From Paragordius varius (taxonomy: Eukaryota; Animalia; Nematomorpha), in the NCBI GenBank assembly GCA_964247055.1, contig OZ176057.1:1550001-1614000 (forward strand): a stretch of 64,000 nucleotides of DNA. Reading direction: 5' to 3'. Both the position numbers and the translations under genes were made by a program. Numbering within the stretch: position 1 is the stretch's first letter; each line of letters begins with the position of its first letter. The notes under the pieces are model-generated. The model saw nothing but the letters and a program-made list of their open reading frames with translations, did not search any database and was not told the DNA's origin. This document shows positions 63,207 through 64,000 of this stretch, one piece after another.

Positions 63207-64000
63207 CTAAACATGTGCAGTAAATAAAAAAGTTTAGAAACTTGAGTGAATTATGCTAGAAGAGTTCAAAATAATTATTCAAAAAGGTGGAAGGAAATGA
63301 GAATTATGTACTGGTCATCAAACCTTAAGGACATCTAAACATGTGCAGTAAATAAAAAAGTTTAGAAACTTGAGTGAAAAATTATTTAGAAAGGTGGAAA
63401 GGAATTAATATTATGGAAAACACATAACCATTGTATTCATTGGTCCACCCGTCGGGACATCTAAACATGTGCAGTAAATAAAAAAGTTTAGAAACTTGAG
63501 TGAATTATGCTAGAAGAGTTCAAAATAATTATTCAAAAAGGTGGAAGGAAATGAGAATTATGTACTGGTCATCAAACCTTAAGGACATCTAAACATGTGC
63601 AGTAAATAAAAAAGTTTAGAAACTTGAGTGAAAAATTATTTAGAAAGGTGGAAAGGAATTAATATTATGGAAAACATAACCATTGTATTCATTGGTCCAC
63701 CCGTCGGGACATCTAAACATGTGCAGTAAATAAAAAAGTTTAGAAACTTGAGTGAAAAATCATTTAGAAAGGTGGATGGAAAGGAAATTAAAATTATGGT
63801 AAACTGGTCATCAAGTAACTATTGTATTCATTGGTCCACCCGTCGGGACATCTAAACATGTGCAGTAAATAAAAAAGTTTAGAAACTTGAGTGAAAAATT
63901 ATTTAGAAAGGAGAATGGAAAGGAAATGAAGATTATGGTAAACTGGTCATCAAGTAACCATTGTACTCATTGGTCCACCCGTCGGGACATCTAAACATGT
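63155..64000. repeat. Tandem array (124-139 bp units, at least 7) made of the splice acceptor and 5' part of the collagen-like exon
   Basis: Core GGACATCTAAACATGTGCAGTAAATAAAAAAGTTTAGAAACTTGAGTGAA starts at 63201, 63329, 63455, 63583, 63707, 63846, 63985; a two-unit block (~253 bp) occurs twice. Confidence 0.95.

Noticed and set aside
63201-64000. CRISPR-like constant repeat with variable spacers
   Set aside because: Eukaryotic context, no cas genes, a 50-nt non-palindromic core, and the spacers are related to each other and to the adjacent exon; it is a tandem duplication.

Overview
Very AT-rich (roughly 75-80% by eye), intron-rich, transposon-dense eukaryotic DNA; the genes point to an invertebrate animal, but the species cannot be identified from the window. 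Manual exon assembly (GT-AG, phase-checked) gives five protein-coding loci, most of whose exons are missing from the ORF track. (1) A minus-strand gene for a secreted or surface mucin-like protein: a signal-peptide exon plus 13 symmetric phase-1 micro-exons of 27-54 nt over 13 kb, running off the left edge. (2) A 7-exon gamma/delta/zeta-type sarcoglycan (528 aa) with an unusually long N-terminus. (3) A tandemly duplicated 3-exon orphan gene (132 aa, two intact copies plus a fragment). (4) An 11-exon TMEM59-like gene (434 aa). (5) The last exon of a short-chain-collagen-C4/spongin-type NC1 protein, preceded in its intron by a tandem array of copies of its own splice acceptor. Between these lie two IS630/Tc1-type elements with matching MITE families, a hAT-type element, TTAA-target MITEs, two non-autonomous Helitrons, a decayed RTE LINE and many (TA)n tracts. 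No rRNA, tRNA or CRISPR array was found. All calls are by-eye; no database search was run.
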